A stretch of DNA of 60,013 nucleotides, from the NCBI GenBank assembly GCA_035278405.1, contig DATEJA010000240.1, positions 1-60,013 of the forward strand. Reading direction: 5' to 3'. The position numbers and the translations under genes were made by a program. The stretch's first letter is position 1; each line of letters starts with the position of its first letter. Positions 58,301 through 60,013 of this stretch are shown here, piece by piece. Below the pieces are notes generated by a model, which saw nothing but the letters and a program-made list of their open reading frames with translations, was not told the origin of the DNA and did no database searches. Source of the stretch: Sphingobium sp. Lineage in GTDB: Bacteria > Pseudomonadota > Alphaproteobacteria > Sphingomonadales > Sphingomonadaceae.

Positions 58301-59485
58301 GTGCAGCAGGATCCTGTAGTCATCGCGGGCTATGCCCGGACCCCGATGGGCGGCTTCCAGGGCGCGCTGTCGCCGCTCAAGGCGACGGAATTGGGCGCCG
58401 CTGCGGTGAAGGCGGCGGTCGAGCGCGCGAAGGTCGACGCGCAGAGCATCGATCGCATCTATATGGGCTGCGTGCTGCCAGCTGGCCTGGGCCAGGCACC
58501 CGCGCGCCAGGCGGCGCTGGGCGCGGGCCTGGGCCTCAACACCGAAGCGACCACCGTCAACAAGATGTGCGGATCGGGCATGCAGGCCGCGATCATGGCA
58601 CATGAGGCGCTGACCGCCGGCACCGCCGACCTGATCGTCGCGGGCGGCATGGAAAGCATGAGCAATGCGCCCTACGCCCTGCCCAAGCATCGTTCGGGTG
58701 CGCGGATCGGCCATGACCGGGTCGTCGACACGATGATGATGGATGGGCTGGAGGACGCCTATGAGCCCGGCAAGGCGATGGGCGTCTTCGCCGAGGAAGC
58801 GGTGCGCGACTATCAGTTCAGCCGCGCCGACCAGGATGATTATGCCATCCGATCGCTGAGCCGCGCCAATGAAGCGATCGCCAGCGGCGCGTTTGCCCGC
58901 GAGATTGTCGGCGTCACCGTGCCGGGGCGGGGCGGCGACGTGCTGGTCGACACCGACGAACAACCGGGCAAGGCGCGGCCGGACAAGATCCCGTCGCTGA
59001 AGCCCGCCTTCGTCAAGGACGGCACGATCACGCCGGCCAATGCTTCGTCCATTTCCGACGGCGCCGCCGCGCTGGTGATGACACGGCAGAGCGTCGCGGA
59101 GCGGCTGGGCCTGCCGGTGGTCGCGAAGGTGGTCGCCACCGCCGCCCATGCGCAGGAGCCGGCCAAGTTCACCACCGCCCCCGTCCCGGCGATCCGCAAG
59201 GTGCTGGAAAAGGCGGGCTGGTCGGTCGGCGATGTCGACCTGTTCGAAGTCAATGAAGCCTTCGCCGTGGTCGCGATGATCGCCGCCAAGGACCTCGCCA
59301 TTCCGGCGGACAAGCTCAACGTCAACGGCGGCGCGACCGCGCTGGGCCACCCGATCGGGGCGAGCGGCGCGCGCATCCTGGCGACGCTGATCGCCGCGCT
59401 GGAAAATCGCGGGCTGAAGCGCGGCGTCGCCAGCCTCTGCATCGGCGGCGGCGAAGCGACGGCGATGGCGATCGAACTGGCTTGA
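58301..59485 (+). CDS. Acetyl-CoA C-acyltransferase (thiolase)
   Basis: NKMCGSG nucleophile, NEAF, GHPIGASG and LCIGGG; AAGGAG RBS plus GTG. Confidence 0.95.
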   Translation: MQQDPVVIAGYARTPMGGFQGALSPLKATELGAAAVKAAVERAKVDAQSIDRIYMGCVLPAGLGQAPARQAALGAGLGLNTEATTVNKMCGSGMQAAIMAHEALTAGTADLIVAGGMESMSNAPYALPKHRSGARIGHDRVVDTMMMDGLEDAYEPGKAMGVFAEEAVRDYQFSRADQDDYAIRSLSRANEAIASGAFAREIVGVTVPGRGGDVLVDTDEQPGKARPDKIPSLKPAFVKDGTITPANASSISDGAAALVMTRQSVAERLGLPVVAKVVATAAHAQEPAKFTTAPVPAIRKVLEKAGWSVGDVDLFEVNEAFAVVAMIAAKDLAIPADKLNVNGGATALGHPIGASGARILATLIAALENRGLKRGVASLCIGGGEATAMAIELA

Positions 59486-59506
59486 TGGGTTTCGGGAGGA
59501 AATAAC

Positions 59507-60013
59507 ATGGATATCAATGGATTGTCTGCCGTCGTTACCGGCGGTGCTTCGGGCCTGGGCAAGGCCACGGCCAAGATGCTGGCCGACAAGGGCGCGAAGG
59601 TCGCGATCTTCGATCTGAACGCAGAAGCCGGACAGGCTGCGGCGGAGGAAATCGGCGGCATCTTCGTCAGCACCAACGTCGCTGACGAGGCGAGCGTGAT
59701 GGCGGCCTTCGACGCGGTGGAGCAGGCGCATGGCGTCGCGCGCATCCTCGTCAACTGCGCGGGCATCGCGCCGGCCATCAAGACGATCGGCAAGGAAAAT
59801 GCGCCGCACCCGCTCGATATCTATCGCAAGACGATCGAGGTGAACCTGATCGGCACGTTCAACATGATTTCCAAGTTCGCGGCCCGCGCCGCGGCGGCGG
59901 AAGAAATTGAGGGCGAACGCGGCGTTGTGGTCAACACCGCGTCGGTGGCCGCCTATGAAGGGCAGATCGGCCAGGCGGCCTATTCCTCGTCCAAGGGCGG
60001 CGTGGTGGGCATG
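59507..60013 (+). CDS. SDR, 3-hydroxyacyl-CoA dehydrogenase type II-like (partial; runs off the window)
   Basis: Manual translation MDINGLSAVVTGGASGLG...VNCAGI...ERGVVVNTASVAAYEGQIGQAAYSSSKGG. Confidence 0.9.
   Translation, partial: MDINGLSAVVTGGASGLGKATAKMLADKGAKVAIFDLNAEAGQAAAEEIGGIFVSTNVADEASVMAAFDAVEQAHGVARILVNCAGIAPAIKTIGKENAPHPLDIYRKTIEVNLIGTFNMISKFAARAAAAEEIEGERGVVVNTASVAAYEGQIGQAAYSSSKGGVVGM

Overview
High-GC alphaproteobacterial chromosomal window, sphingomonad (Sphingobium-like) judged by gene content and repeat types, dominated by aromatic and secondary-metabolite catabolism. From left to right: (1) a GntR/FadR gene between two truncated gene remnants; (2) a complete protocatechuate 4,5-cleavage cluster (ligI-ligU-ligK / ligR-orf-ligJ-ligA-ligB-ligC) next to pobR/pobA; (3) a LuxR-type HTH protein, an atypical EF-G paralogue, and a Gly-rich lipoprotein paired with a ShlB/FhaC-type outer-membrane transporter; (4) a TonB-dependent receptor under a cobalamin riboswitch; (5) a five-gene fde-like (flavonoid degradation-like) operon with a NodD-like LysR gene and a nod-box-like promoter; (6) LysR/glcB, a low-molecular-weight phosphatase, a HerA-like ATPase and TetR; (7) a ~21.5 kb uncharacterised catabolic block (36.6-58.1 kb) with amidohydrolases, an exported esterase, a CoA-transferase, IclR with a duplicated candidate operator, a divergent E1a/E1b/E2 complex, SDR, NTF2 protein, a kinase plus beta-rich partner, ALDH, MFS, an atypical quinohaemoprotein and an Ltp2/DUF35-like pair; (8) a thiolase and a partial SDR at the right edge. 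Several palindromic REP-like elements and a candidate MmgR-like sRNA lie in intergenic gaps. I saw no rRNA, tRNA, CRISPR array, transposase or integrase. All family assignments are from motif recognition, not database searches.
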